DNA of 32,000 nt from Hyphomicrobiales bacterium. GTDB lineage: Bacteria > Pseudomonadota > Alphaproteobacteria > Rhizobiales > Rhizobiaceae. This document shows, in pieces, positions 31,428-32,000 of this stretch (position 1 is its first letter; each line of letters starts with the position of its first letter). Below the pieces are notes generated by a model. It saw only the letters and a list, made by a program, of their open reading frames with translations, ran no database searches and had not been told where the DNA came from. Position numbers and translations under genes: made by a program. The stretch covers positions 21,446 through 53,445 of the forward strand of contig QEVK01000004.1 in the NCBI GenBank assembly GCA_003577315.1, read 5' to 3'.

Positions 31428-32000
<573 letters not shown>

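Overview
This is a very GC-rich, gene-dense chromosomal window. Third codon positions are almost always G/C, and every real gene is shadowed by long Arg/Ala/Gly-rich antisense or out-of-frame ORFs. The gene content looks alphaproteobacterial, probably Rhizobiales-like, based on sitABCD next to a Cys-poor Fur/Mur regulator and a hairpin-mosaic intergenic element. I found no tRNA or rRNA genes, CRISPR arrays, transposases, integrases or recognisable phage-defence genes. Left to right the window holds: the tail of a KAS-family gene; a Nu-class GST; a translationally coupled sitABCD Mn/Fe ABC importer on the minus strand, with a TTGCAAA-N3-TTTGCAA palindrome in its promoter and a divergent mur/fur gene; gnd; two divergently transcribed secreted S1 serine proteases (one trypsin-like, one V8/Glu-endopeptidase-like); a secreted MORN-repeat protein with a roughly 390-aa C-terminal region I cannot assign; catabolic island 1 (TetR, TRAP transporter, cyclase/formamidase-like, BKACE/DUF849 and SMP-30/lactonase-like genes); a DUF2390-like gene; catabolic island 2; and a LysR regulator divergent from a family-III CoA-transferase and a partial acyl-CoA dehydrogenase. 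Island 2 is the best candidate for an undescribed system. It is an apparent eight-gene operon (19169-29052) encoding a hydantoinase/allantoinase-like amidohydrolase with a QxH metal motif, an M20 N-carbamoyl-amino-acid amidohydrolase, a UbiD-family (de)carboxylase, a DUF917 protein, a divergent urocanase (HutU) paralogue and a DctPQM TRAP importer. It has no hutH, hutI or hutG. It resembles the late steps of bacterial ergothioneine/thiourocanate degradation, but adds a UbiD enzyme and a carboxylate-type importer. All functional calls rest on motif recognition in the supplied translations. No database search was run.
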